DNA from: Chiloscyllium plagiosum
Taxonomy: Eukaryota
Direction of reading: 5' to 3'
NCBI RefSeq assembly: GCF_004010195.1
Contig: NC_057720.1
Span: 32,982,290-33,046,289 of the forward strand
Length of the DNA stretch: 64,000 nt
A model generated the notes under the pieces. It worked only from the letters and a program-made list of their open reading frames with translations. It was not told the origin of the DNA and did no database searches. Positions within the stretch are counted from its first letter, which is position 1. Every line of letters begins with the position of its first letter. Position numbers and translations under genes: made by a program. Below are positions 51,256 through 64,000 of the stretch, in pieces.

Positions 51256-54200
51256 CCCATGTCCAGAGTAGTAGGCATACAACATGTGCCAGCATCTCTG
51301 TACCATCATGGCACTCCTCCAATGCTCTTGTCCAACATCACTGCACTTCATTACCACACTATGGCGCACTCTAGCAACTGTCATTGAAGTGTAGCTGCAA
51401 GGTGACTTTGTGTGTAGTGACAGATTGGACCAGGGAACATTGCAGCTACTCACTTGCTTTCTTAGTTCTTGCTCACTTTAGAGGCTACCTGGATGCTTGC
51501 AGCCTCTCTGCCTTTTCTTTTTGTGTTTTGTCAGCTCACAGCACTGCTGTATTGCCTTGCTGGTTAATACTGACACAAAGCCAGGCAGCTGGTCAAGGTT
51601 TTAGGAGTCAGCAGCAAAGGGTTAGACATGTTGCTGAACAGTACATTGCTACATCAATCTCAGACACTGACTAGCTATATACACAGCAAATGCACTGCAA
51701 TAGAAAGTGCACTGTTCAGGGGGGCAACCATCAGTTAGGTGGGGTCCTGACACTATACGTTAAGGTCAGGCTGCAGAATCAGCCTAAGGTATCAGGCATA
51801 GTCGGACAAGCAGTCAGGGCACTCGCAAGGTCTGTGCCTCTTCAGTCTGGGAGTGAGTCCAGTGCAGCCAGTCTGGGGAGTCATGAGAGTACAACTGGGG
51901 TGATATGCAAATATCAGTCAAGGTCTGGTCACTCTTTGGTAGCTCTCCAGCTAATTTGCTGAAGGGAGTGGGCCACAGCCAGTCTATGGTTTCCAACCAG
52001 TAAATGTCAAGAGTGGAGGATGGGAGTAGGGAATCTGGAGCCTGGCGCTGTGGGAGAGAGGCTGGGGAACTTAAGTGGTGAGTGGAAGGGAGAAGTTTAG
52101 ATCAATATGTAAGGGAGGAGATGATAGAGCATGAGACGGCACGCAGGAAAGTGGGGTCATCATCATTGAAAAGCATGGGCTTTCCATCGGAGGAGACAGT
52201 GAACTACATGTGGCATGTTCACCACAAGTTTCTGGGGTTTTGGGGAGGGTGGGAAAAGTGGGCAGATGCAGACTGATAGATGGATATCCCTATCTAGTGA
52301 AGACAAAATACTCTGGTGAACTCAGCATTCCTTGTGACCCTCAGATATCAGTTGACTGTGCAGTGCAACTCCTTAACCTGAGCAATTCTGATGATTTCAT
52401 GCAGCCTAACTGCTGAACCTCACTGATGCCTGTGAGTGATAGCAATGGTCTGCCTGTGCATTGCCACAGTGCAGCAACTGCTCACCTCGCATCTTGGCCC
52501 ATGAAATTTTGTCTCCGGATAAGGAGCAGTGGGTTCATTACCTTCAAACTGCCAATTTCTGTCACATACATAGATGACAGTCAGAAGTGAACATGTATAT
52601 TACAAATGTAAGAAGTGAAGTTTCATTTATGTGCCCTCAGAAAGGGGGGTCTTCATGTTTCTCTCCCTCCCAGTACATCTCAGTGCAATAGAATGAAGCC
52701 CATTAGTATTGCTTTTTGTCTCTTAATGGTCCAAATGTGTTAGATGTGTTATATGTGTCCTACCCAGACCCAAATGTGTACCCCTCTCGACTTGGATGTC
52801 CACAGGACTGAGTAGGATGGAGGTGGAAGATCCAGATTTGTCCAAAGGTCCTCAGAAGACTGCTGGGGACTTGTATGTAGTGCCTCCTCCATCTGGGTGT
52901 CTACTGGCATCACTCTGCCTCCTTGTGTGAGATTGTGTCCCCCTCATATCCATCACTTTGTCGTTGATGGTTGCAACCAATGGCTAGGGTGAAAGAAGTG
53001 CAGGTCTTTCACATATCAAGCAGACTGCAAGACCTGACTGCCCATCCATCCATAAGAGCAACCCGAATATCACAGCAGGAGATGGGATTCCCAAGATGTT
53101 GCTTCATTCCTGGAACCATTGCACTTTGGTGTCTTTGGCACCTGCCTACTATTGCTGTACATTTGGATCGAGCTACAAATTGCTGACACCATGAGATCTT
53201 CTGCCTAGAGCTGAGCAGGTACCTGGTCTCAGGCAGTACTCCGCAATTGTCAGTGACCTGGGTGTTTTTTTCCTCAAGCAGCTGTGGAGATAGGTCAGTG
53301 AGGAACTCTCCAGCAAGTGCTCCTCACTGTACTCCTGGTTAAGATATCCACTGAGGTATCTATATCTGAGCTGGAGGCAACCTTGCCAGTGCATTCGTCT
53401 GCGGGATCTGTGGCTTCTTCCTCAGAGATACTAGAGTGAATGTTTGGTGGTGACCATCCACTGAGACTGTGGAGATGCAAAACATAAATATCTCACCAAT
53501 TGAGTAAAAAGCTTGCAGTGCAACTCCTATATTAAATTGTCAATGTAGTTTTCAGAACTAATAACCCTTGGCTGCAATGTCTTCTCTCTTTTATACCTTG
53601 TAGATAATAGCAGCATGTTCTTGGTTCTTGCAGTCAGCACCAGGAACCATTCATCATAGAATTGAGGAAAAGGATGTTGGGCAGGGCACCACTCATTGTG
53701 GCTCTCTCAGCCCTAATTTCTGTACATAGACTATCTCCTGAGGTGGAAGATTCTAGAAGAGGGTGACGGCCCAATTTGTATTCCTGTTTCTATACTTGTT
53801 TCTGTATACTGTTCCCTGTGGGCGTTTTTGCTGTGTGTTATCACTTATTAATTTTCTGATGAAATGCTTAAAATAAAAGCAACTTTTCTGCTTCAATGGC
53901 AACTTAGATAGACATGCGGAAGATGGTGGAGGATGCAATCATTGTCATAATTTTACAGCGCAAAAAGGGGACCTCCAGCCCATCTTGTCTGTGCCAGTCA
54001 TTGATGTTCTACTCCCAATTTCCAGCTCTTGACCCTAGCTCAGTATGCATAAAGTGTTCCATCTAAATACATCTTAAATGTCGAGGTGGTTCCTGCCTCT
54101 ACCAGCCTTTCAGGAAGTGAGTTGCAGTTATCCACCAAAACCTCTTCCGTAAATCCCCTAAACCTCCTGTCTCATCTTAAATCTATGTCTCTCATTATTG

Positions 54201-54448
54201 ACCTCAACAGAGAGGTGCTGGAAGGGTTTGAAGGTTACATTTTCAGTCTAGAAAGGAGCCATCTTCCATGTCTTGCTTTCCGGTCAGCACATTTTCTGAA
54301 CCTTTTAATTCATTCCACTTACCCAAATACTTAGGAGCATGAAAAATTTCTGCAGCCTAATTGTCATAATTTGCAAACAAGAATAAGAAACAGTACTTGT
54401 TTGTTGGTAACAATTTCTTCCAATCTACCTGCCTCATAATTTAGAGTG

Positions 54449-54550
54449 AAAAAAGCCATTCCTGATGAAGGGCTTATGCCCGAAACGTTGATTCTCCTGT
54501 TCCTTGGATGCTGCCTGACCTGTTGTGCTTTACCAGCAACACATTTTCAG
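54449..54550 (+). ncRNA. Family A element with the best-preserved hammerhead core and 16-bp TSD, nested in a minus-strand CR1 fragment (~53940-54730)
   Basis: ctgatga (54462-68)-a-gggc-ttat-gccc-gaaa (54482-85)-cgtt-gattc. TSD ctcataatttagagtg at 54433-54448 and 54551-54566. Confidence 0.82.
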
Positions 54551-57065
54551 CTCATAATTTAGAGTGCCTGAGTCATAGCCCAACTCGGTCTCCTCTGCTG
54601 TAAGGAAAACAACCCCAGCCAATCAAGTCTTTTCATAACTGAAACACTCCAGCTGAGGCAACATCCTGTGAAATTCCTCTGCAATCTCTCTAGTGCAGTC
54701 ACATCCTCCAGAACAGCACTCAATACTTTAGCTATGGCCTAACTCTTATACAGCATGAATAGGCTCAAGGGGCAGCATAACTTACTGCCAATTTACATAA
54801 CATCAACAAAAGTACAATAAACAATCCAGCACTGTTTCACTTTCATCTATATATTTTAATTCTTTTCCTCACACTCTGCTGAGCTAAATCACTTGCGAAA
54901 CACAAATTGTGCAGGCTTTATGTAATTATCATTTAGTGTTGACAGTACAAGTAGAGTTCTTCAAAATATGTTCATACAGATATTGTTACACTCTCCCAAT
55001 CTATCTTATTTTATGTTATGTTATGATCTGTTTGAACGACTCAAATTAGTGACTGTACCATTGAGATTTTTTTATTCATTTTGTATATCATCATCTATTA
55101 TGGCTTGTCTGAAAAAGTTGCCAAATTAAGGATGTTCTGGACCTTTATTCATTAGGAATTAGACTGAGGATTGTGAATAATATTTCACATTGGACCCTAC
55201 AGCCTGAGAAAAATGATTTCCACCTATCAGTCCAGTGTAGTTTCAATCTCAGGCTTCAAAGATGAAAGGATTCTATGTTAAAGAATGTGTAAATCCACTT
55301 CATTCAGTTTTTTTTGTCTTTATACTTAAATACTCTGTGCCTTAATTTCTTGGAACTCTGCAGTCTGCCTGTTATATGTGTATTCACAGTGTTTTTGGGA
55401 AGGAAATTCCAGATCCCTTGACCCAGCAATAGTGAAGGAAAAGCAATGACTTGGAATGGGACTTGGAAATGGTCGTATCCCTGTGTATTTGTTGCCTGTG
55501 TCTTTCTAGATTGTAGAGGTCACAGAATTGGAAGATACCAAAGTTGGTTTGACAACTTTTTTTTTTCAATTTACTCTTCAAAATGTCAAAGTCAATACAA
55601 GGAATGATTTGATGAATAGATGGGTAGTCTGCTTTGTGTGCCAAATAAACTTTAAAATATCACATTTAAAATGCACTTTCTTTTTAAGAGGAGAAATTAT
55701 TGCTTAGTTATTGCAGCATGGAGTCAGAGAGATATACAGCAAGGAAACAGACCCTTCAGTCCAACTTGTCCATGCTGACTAGATATCCCAACCCAATCTC
55801 ATCCCACCTGTCAGCACCTAGCCCATTTTCCTCCAAACCCTTCCTATTCATATACCCATTCAGAATGTTTTGAATGTTGCAGTTATATTAGCCTCCAGCA
55901 CTTCCTCTGGCAGCCCATTCCATACACATACTACACCTGCGTAATAAAGTTGCCCCTTAGGTCTCTTTTATATCATTCCCCTCTCACCCTAAACCTTTGC
56001 CCTCTAGTTCTGGACTCCCCCCCTCCCCACTCCAGGAAAAAGACTTGTCTACTTGTCCTATCCATGCCCCTCATGATTTTATAAATCTCTATAAGGTCAC
56101 CCCTCAGTCTCCGACGCTCCAGGGAAAACAGCCCCAACCTATTCAACCTCTCCCTATAACTCAAACCCTCCAACTCTGGCAAGATCCTTGTGAATCTTTT
56201 CTGAACTCTTTCAAATTTCACAACATCCTTTTGATAGGAAGGAGATCAAAACTGCACGCAATATTCCAACAGTGGCCTAACCAATATATGACCTCTCAAC
56301 TCCTGTACTCAATACTCTGACCAATAAAGGAAAGCATATCAAATGCCTTCTTCAAAATCCTATCTACCTGTAATTCTACTTTCAAGGAGCTATGAACCTG
56401 CACTCCAAGGTCTCTTTGTTCAGCAACACTCTCTAGAACCTTACCACGAAGTGTATAAGTCCTGCTAAGATTTGCTTTCCCAAAATGCAGCACCTCGCAT
56501 TTATATAAATTAAACTCCATCTGCCACTTCTCAGCCTATTGGCCCATCGGTTCAAGATCCTGTTGTAATCTGAGATAACCTACTTCACTGTCCACTACAC
56601 CTCCAATTTTGGTGTCATCTGCAAACTTACTAACTTGACCTCTTATGCTTACATCCAAATCAATTATGTAAATGATGAAACCTAGCAGACCCAGCATCGA
56701 TCCTTGTGACACTCCACTGGTCACAGGCCTCCTGTCTGAAAAACAATCTTCCATCACCACCTTCTGTCTTCTACCTTTGAGCCAATTTTGTATCCAAATG
56801 GCTAGTTCTCCCTGTATTCCATAAGGTCTAACCTTGCTAACCAGTCTCTCATGGGGAACCTTGTTGAATGCCTTACTGAAATCCATATAGATCACATCTG
56901 CCACTCTGCCCTCATCAATCCTCTTTGTTACTTTTTCAAAAAACCCAAACTAAGTTTGTGAAACAAGATTTCCCGTGCACAAAGCCATGCTGACTGTCCC
57001 GAATCAGTCCTTGCCTTTCTAATACATGTACATCCTGTCTCTCAGGATCCCCTGCAGCAGCTTAT

Positions 57066-57369
57066 TGGGCGGCACAGTGGCTCATTGGTTAGCACTGCTG
57101 CCTCACAGTTTCAGGACCCGGATTCAATTCTTGCCTCAGGCAACTGTCTGTGTGGAGTTTTCACATTGTCCCCGTGTCTGCGTGGGTTTCCTCCTGGTGC
57201 TCCGATTTCCTCCCACAATCCAAAGATGTGCAGGTCAGGTGAATTGGCCATGCTAAATTGCCCATAGTGTTAGGTGCATTCATCTGGGGTAACTATAGCG
57301 TAGGGGGAATGGGTCTGTGTGGGTTTGTTGGGCCAAATGGCCTGTTTCCATACTGTAGGGAATCTAGTC
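57066..57369 (+). mobile_element. HE1-like SINE nested in CR1
   Basis: tRNA head, core and tail. CR1 sequence resumes on both sides. Confidence 0.85.
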
Positions 57370-58065
57370 TTGCCCACCACCATCATCAGGCTCACTGGTC
57401 TATAGTTCCCTGGTTGTCCTTACCACCTTTCTTAAATACTGGCACCACTTTAGCCAACCTCCAGTCTTATGGCACCTCACCTGTGACTATCAATGATACA
57501 AACATCTCAGCAAGGGGCCCAGCAATCACTTCCCTAGTTTCCCACAGCATGTTGGGGTATACCTGATCAGGTCCTGGGGATTTATTCACTTTTATGTATT
57601 TCAAGACATCCAGCACTTCCTCCTCTGTAATATAGATATTTTTCAAGATGTCACCATCTATTCTTTACATTCTATATCTTCCATATCCTTTTCCACAGTA
57701 AACACTGATGCAAAATATTTGTTTAGTATCTCCCCCATCTCCTGCGGCTCCACACAAAGAGGGGCCTTTGAGGCGCCCTATTCTCTCCCTAATTACCCTT
57801 TTCTCCTTAATGTATTTGTAAGAACCCTTTGGATTCTCCTTAACTCTATTTGCCAAAGCTATCTCATGTCCCCTTTTTACCCTCCTGATTTCCCTCTTAA
57901 GTATACTCCTACTGCCTTTATACTCTTCTAAGGATTCGCTCGATCTATGCTTCCTTTTTCTTAACCAAACCCTCAATTTTTCTTTAGTCATCCAGCATTC
58001 CCTACAACTACCAGCCTTTCCTTTCACCCTAACAGGAATATACCATCTTTGGATTCTTGTTATGT

Positions 58066-58399
58066 GGGTGGCACGGTGGCACAGTGGTTAGCACTGCTGC
58101 CTCACAGCGCCAAAGACCCGGGGTCAGTTCCAGCCTCAGGCAACTGTCCGTGTGGAGTTTGCATATTCTCCCCGTGTCTGCGTGGGTTTCCTCCGGGTGC
58201 TCCGGTTTCCTCCCACAGTCCAAAAATGTGCAGGTTAGGTGAATTGGCCATGCCAAATTGCCCGTAGTGTTAGGTGAAAGGGGTAAAAATGTAGGGGAAT
58301 GGGTTTGGGTGGGTTGCGCTTCGGCGGGTCGGTGTGGACTTGTAGGGCTGAAGGGCCTGTTTCTACACTGTAAGTAATCTAATCTAATCTAATCTAATC
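58066..58399 (+). mobile_element. HE1-like SINE (young-looking) nested in CR1
   Basis: A-box-like tggcacagtgg at 58077-87, CpGs retained, (taatc)4 tail. The empty site ggattcttgttatctcatttctg is seen in the CR1 copy at ~870-890. Confidence 0.9.
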
Positions 58400-59819
58400 T
58401 CATTTCTGAAGGCTTCCCATTTTCCAGCCATCCCTTTACCTGTGAACATCTGCCCCTAATTAGCTTTTGAAAGTTCTTGCCTAATACCGTCAAAATTCGC
58501 CTTCCTCCAATTTAGAACTTCAACTTTTAGATCTGGTCTGTCCTTTTCCATCGCTATTTTAAAAGTAATAGAATTATGGTCACTGGCCCCAGTTAATGAA
58601 GTCAGCTGAGATCAGGATCCTAATATTCGTGGGGAGAAGGGGAGAAGATGCAGCATTTGCGTACAGATTCCAGGAGGGCTGACAGAATTTAAAGATACTA
58701 CTTAGATTCTCTCAGATTTTCTCAGTCCTTTCAAAAAAATGATAGGAATCAGCTATCTGTCTCATTGGGAGATGGTTTTAAACTAGCTGTTCACTGACAT
58801 TAACCCAAGGGTTATCATTGTATAATTATTAATGCTTGGTTACCTTCTACAATCTATCATTATATAAATAGAAGATTGTAAGTTCATGTCTTAATTGACA
58901 GCTTTGTAGGATTACAAATACAAGTGTTTTATATTTATAAAAGATTAAATACTTGATGTGATTTAAATGTTCTAATGAATTTTTGTTATTATGGGAGAAG
59001 GTGTAGTAGATATTTTGACCTTTTACTCCACCTCAGTGTGACTGAGGTCTACCAATGGTGGAGGGTGAGGTGGCAGGAAGGGTTTAAGAATGAAGGTGGC
59101 AGCTGGCATGAGTTGTCTTGGAGCCTGTAAGGCAATCTGGAGGTGGCTGGCAGAATGCATGGTTTGCATTAAATCGACTTGAAGGTGACATAGGCGTGGG
59201 TAGAAGTAATGGGATTTGACTGCTAAAGGGACTACGATTTCAGAATAAAACCGACGTGTCCCTGAGAATCAAGGCAGGCCTTATAAAAAGCCTGAGTCAG
59301 TACACAGCTGATAGGCTGATCTTCATCCTGTACCACCTCCCTTCCAAAACAAAGACCACCCCATTGGCAAGTTTCTCCCGAGCAGGTGCATCAGGCTGGT
59401 AACTTTCTGATTTGCATCACCCACCTAAGGAGTAAACATCTTGACTTCTGTCTCTGTTTCCCCACTGGCAAACATCCAGATTGAGAGGCTGACTGTGTAG
59501 GGGTTTTTCATAATTTTAGTTTTAGATCATTTTGTCCTCTTCAAAATCCTCCAGCAAGATTGGAATCTGAAGGAACTCATTCCCTTTTTCTGCCCTACTT
59601 TTTAATCTTTTCACTTTAGCGACAAATGTATGTTGGTTAATGAAGAATAACTGGTCAGGGAAGAAATATATTGATAAATGCATCTCAAGTCTGGCAAAAC
59701 CTGAAGCCAAAGTTGACCGAGTATGTGAAATGCTGAGTCTGTTAAAAGATATTATTGTATGCCAGGTTCTACCAAAGATTAAACTTGCCAAAATGCTTCT
59801 TTTATGTTCACTTATGGAA

Positions 59820-60360
59820 TGTGGGCATTCCTGACTGGTGCAGCATTTACTGTCCATCCCAAAATAATTTTTATTCACTTGTGGGACACAGATAGTACAC
59901 ATTGCTGCTACTGAGCATCATGGTGGAGTGAGTGGTTGTTTGTGGATGTGATCCCAATTAAGGAGGCTGTCGTGTCCTCGATAGCAACTTCAGTGTTTTC
60001 AGAGCTGCACTCATCCGGGCAAGTGAGGAATATTATACTTCTAACTTGCACTTCTAACTTGTGTCTTGTAGATGGGAGACAGATTTTAGGGAGTTAGGGG
60101 TGTGTTATTCACTGCAGATTTCCAGATCTATGACCTGCGCTGTAGCTACTGAATTTATATGGGTAGTCCAGTTCAGTATCTGGTCAATGGGAAAGCCCAG
60201 AATGTTGCAGTGGGCAAGTCAGTGGTGGTAATGCCATTGAATGTCAAGGGATGTTGGTTAAATTGTCTCTGATTGGTGATGGTCATTGCCTGGCATTTGT
60301 GTGGTGTGAATGTTACTTGCCATTTGTCTGCACAAGCCTTACTATTGACAAGGTCTTGCT
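59820..60360 (-). mobile_element. 3' fragment of the EN+RT LINE family seen at 11975-15058
   Basis: ccattgaatgtcaagggatg...atggtcattgcctggcatttgtgtggtgtgaatgttacttgcc matches 12300-12400. Confidence 0.65.
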
Positions 60361-60559
60361 GTATAAAAGTAAAATACTGCAGACACTGGTAATCTGAAAC
60401 AATCAGAAAATGCTAGAAAAGCTCTACAGCTCCAGCAGTGTGTAAGGAGAGAGAAGAGCACAGTTAGCATTTCATGACCAGTATGGCTTCATCTGTATGT
60501 TATTGTATAAAACTTAAATTAACAGTGAAGTAGCATGTTTGATCCGTCATCATTAAAAT

Positions 60560-62020
60560 GGTATGCCAACACTTCGTGCCAGCATAAATTGTAATTTTTC
60601 AAAATCACCTAGATTCTGCAAAGGCCCCTGTGAATTAGAAATCCACAAATTAACTCCTGTTCAAAGAAAGGATGGATATGGAAATCAGGGAACTACAGGT
60701 GTAATGCCAGTCATTGGGAAGATGCTGCAGTCTATTGTTAAGATAGTAGTAGTGAGACATTTAGAAAACAACAAGTGAGGTTAACATGATTTTATTAAAG
60801 GAAAACTATATTTGACAAATGTATTAATAATTTTCAGGATATAGCTGTAGAGATGTCTAGTCCATGGTCCATATTATGACATGAATTGACTGGTGTGGAT
60901 AAACTAAATGTGCATTTGGATTTCTAAACGCCATTCACTGAGGTGCCAAATAAAAAGTTATTGCACAAGAGCTCATGGTGCTGAGAGTAATTTATTGACG
61001 TGGAGTGAAATCTGCCCAATAACAAAAAACTGAGTCAGGATAAATTAATGAAACTAACTAAAGGAGTGCCACAGGAATACATACTGGGGTTTCGCCTATT
61101 TTACAGTCTACACTTATGAGTTGGACAAGGGTATCAAGTATTTGATAGTCAATTTTCCTGATAACACAAATGGGAAAACAAGTTGGAAGAAGACCCAAAA
61201 AGACTGCAAAAGTGATACAGATAAGTTAAGCACACGGTACAAAATATTCAGATGAAGATAATTAGGGAAAATGTGAGGTTGTCAACTTTGGTAGGAAGAA
61301 AAGAAAAGCAAAGTACTGTTTAAATCCAGAGAGACTACCTATGTTATGCTACAGAGGTATTTTGCTGTCTTGTACATGAAGCACAAACAGTTAACATGCA
61401 AGTACAACAAGTACACAGGAATGCAAATGGAATGTTGATCTTTATTGCAAAGATAATGAAATTTAAAAATACAGAAATCTTGCTACAACTGTATGGGCCA
61501 TTGATGGGGTCACACTGAGGGACCTGCACACAATTTTGGTCCCTTATGAAAGGAATGTTATTGCTTTGGATGTGGTTTGGAAGAAGTTCACTAGATTGAT
61601 TCCAGGGAGGAAATATTGTGAGGGATGATTATTAATGTTCTTATTGAAATCTGTAAGATTTTTATTGGGTCTGACAAGGAAGGTGTTCAGTGGATGTCAT
61701 CCTGAGTAACATATTCTAGATCTAGGGACCTTGGTTTCAGAATAAAAGATTGCCCATTTAAGACTGATAGTGTGGAATTTCTTATCTCTCTGGGTCATGG
61801 ATTGTTATAATTGTCTTCCACAAAGGGCTGTGGAGGCTGAGGCATTGAATATATTCAAGTCTGAGAGGGACAGATTTTTAACTGTATGCAAGTTTAAGGT
61901 TATGGGGAACAGGCGGGAGAGTGACGTTAAGGTCATGAACAGATCTTATTGAATAACCTTATTGAATAGTGGATCAGGTTTGAGTGTCCAAATGACCTAT
62001 TCACACTCTTGATTTCTGTG
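60560..62020 (+). mobile_element. Heavily decayed CR1 fragment
   Basis: IGKMLQSIVK, catttggatttc, aaggagtgccacagg and aaatgtgaggttgtcaactttgg remnants plus 3' UTR. Confidence 0.7.
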
Positions 62021-62045
62021 ATATATTTGGAAACTGGGTTTCTAA

Positions 62046-62910
<865 letters not shown>

Positions 62911-63524
62911 TTGGAGTTGAGAGGAAAAAAATAAAGCGTAATCTGCCAGTCTGGGGATTTAAGTTAACACAGTGATACCAATGAGTCTGAAAGGTTTCCA
63001 TCATGCATTGTTGTCGGTATATTTTTGGATTGGACCTGTAGAGGAAATTATAACTTTTGCTTTCAAAAATTGAATATTCACAAATATGTCACAACTTTGT
63101 CTACTTTTTAAATGTATAATTTACATTATATAACCTGAAAGTTTCTTTTCCACAAAAAAATGGTACCATGTTATAAATGGACTTGTTTGATGTTGCGTGA
63201 TGGGGAGAGAAGTATTGCAGTATTCTTCTCTCCAATATCAGCCCCATCTGGGTCAACATCTTTAATATTGTTAATCTGTCTGTTCTCCTGCATAGCCAAT
63301 GTTCACAAAACCAAACTCTCTTGTTTTCAGTCACTACATCTTGTCAAATTCTTCTCCATCCAGTGCTGCATAATGGGTTTAAAAGCAAGCCTTTCCACTA
63401 AATTAGGAAGATAAAGCCAGGAGTAAGCCCTTAAACCTCTTCCACTATTTATTGAGATCACAGCTGATCTGTGACCTAACGGCATTTGTGTCTGTGCCCC
63501 ATATCCCTTAATCCTCCAGCAAGC

Positions 63525-63870
63525 AATGGCCTTGAGGTAATATTTCCGGACTGTTAATCCAGCAACCCAGGTAATATGCTGGCGACCCAGGTTCAAATCC
63601 CACCAAGGCAGATATCGGGAATTAAGAGTCTAATGATGACCATGAATCCGTTGGCGATGGTTGGAAAACTCCATATGGTTCACTAACCTCATTTAGGGAA
63701 GAAAACTGCCATCCTTACCTGGTCTGTTTACATGTGACTCCAGACCCACAGCAAAATGACTCCAGACCCACAGCAAAGGGACTCTTAACTGCCCTCTGGG
63801 CAATTAGGGATGGATGATAAAGGCTGGCCCAGTTACTACTGCCCTTCTCCTATGAATGAATAAAAAAACA
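63525..63870 (+). mobile_element. tRNA-headed SINE sharing both ends with the EN+RT LINE family
   Basis: B-box-like ggttcaaatccc, tail gggcaattagggatgg...tgaatgaataaaaaaa, and a small tandem duplication at 63735-63777. Confidence 0.75.
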
Positions 63871-64000
63871 AATTGGCTCACAGATGCCAATTGAATTAAC
63901 AATGACCCAGCTTCAGGTACCACTTGCAGAAAAGTGTTTGTAAGTTTAGCCACCATTGTGTTATTAATATTTTTGGATTAATATTCAAGAATATTAATAT

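Larger units (their letters stand above)
55720..58590 (-). mobile_element. CR1/HER1-like LINE, ~2.9 kb 3' portion, with two nested SINEs
   Basis: DVIYMDFSKAFNKVPH, SGVSQGSMLG, SKFADDTK and LERRRLRGDLIE motifs. 3' UTR at ~55720-55800. Confidence 0.9.

Noticed and set aside
58066..58140. tRNA-like sequences at SINE heads
   Set aside because: They are embedded in SINE bodies with core and tail, and no complete cloverleaf is evident. Not tRNA genes.
59010..59441. Possible MITE bounded by tttactcc / ggagtaaa
   Set aside because: The inverted match is only ~8 bp and there is no clear TSD. Not enough to call.
63735..63777. Small tandem duplications (also near 38229 and 60037)
   Set aside because: Ordinary slippage events inside repeats.

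Overview
This is eukaryotic genomic DNA from a cartilaginous fish. The repeat content (HE1-type SINEs, CR1/HER1-type LINEs) points to a shark; this is inferred, not database-checked. The window is mostly intron of a + strand ZSWIM5-like gene. Five consecutive internal coding exons (10253-10401, 17247-17397, 43640-43819, 62173-62349, 62463-62609) have canonical AG/GT boundaries and splice in frame to 804 nt. The introns are packed with transposon relics: many CR1 fragments, HE1-like and other tRNA-derived SINEs, a near full-length decayed L1-clade element, a ~3 kb EN+RT LINE with a tRNA-like head, Tigger/pogo-like DNA elements and Penelope-like element (PLE) fragments. The most interesting signal is a dense set of ~100-180 bp PLE-terminus-derived insertions carrying minimal hammerhead-ribozyme motifs (CTGATGA-stem-GAAA). 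They fall into at least two sequence families, show covarying stem II, often have 12-17 bp target-site duplications and fold-back structure, and one is physically linked to PLE RT coding sequence. Several local templated duplications or inversions are also visible. An assembly gap of 267 N lies at 36264-36530. All family names come from recognition by eye.
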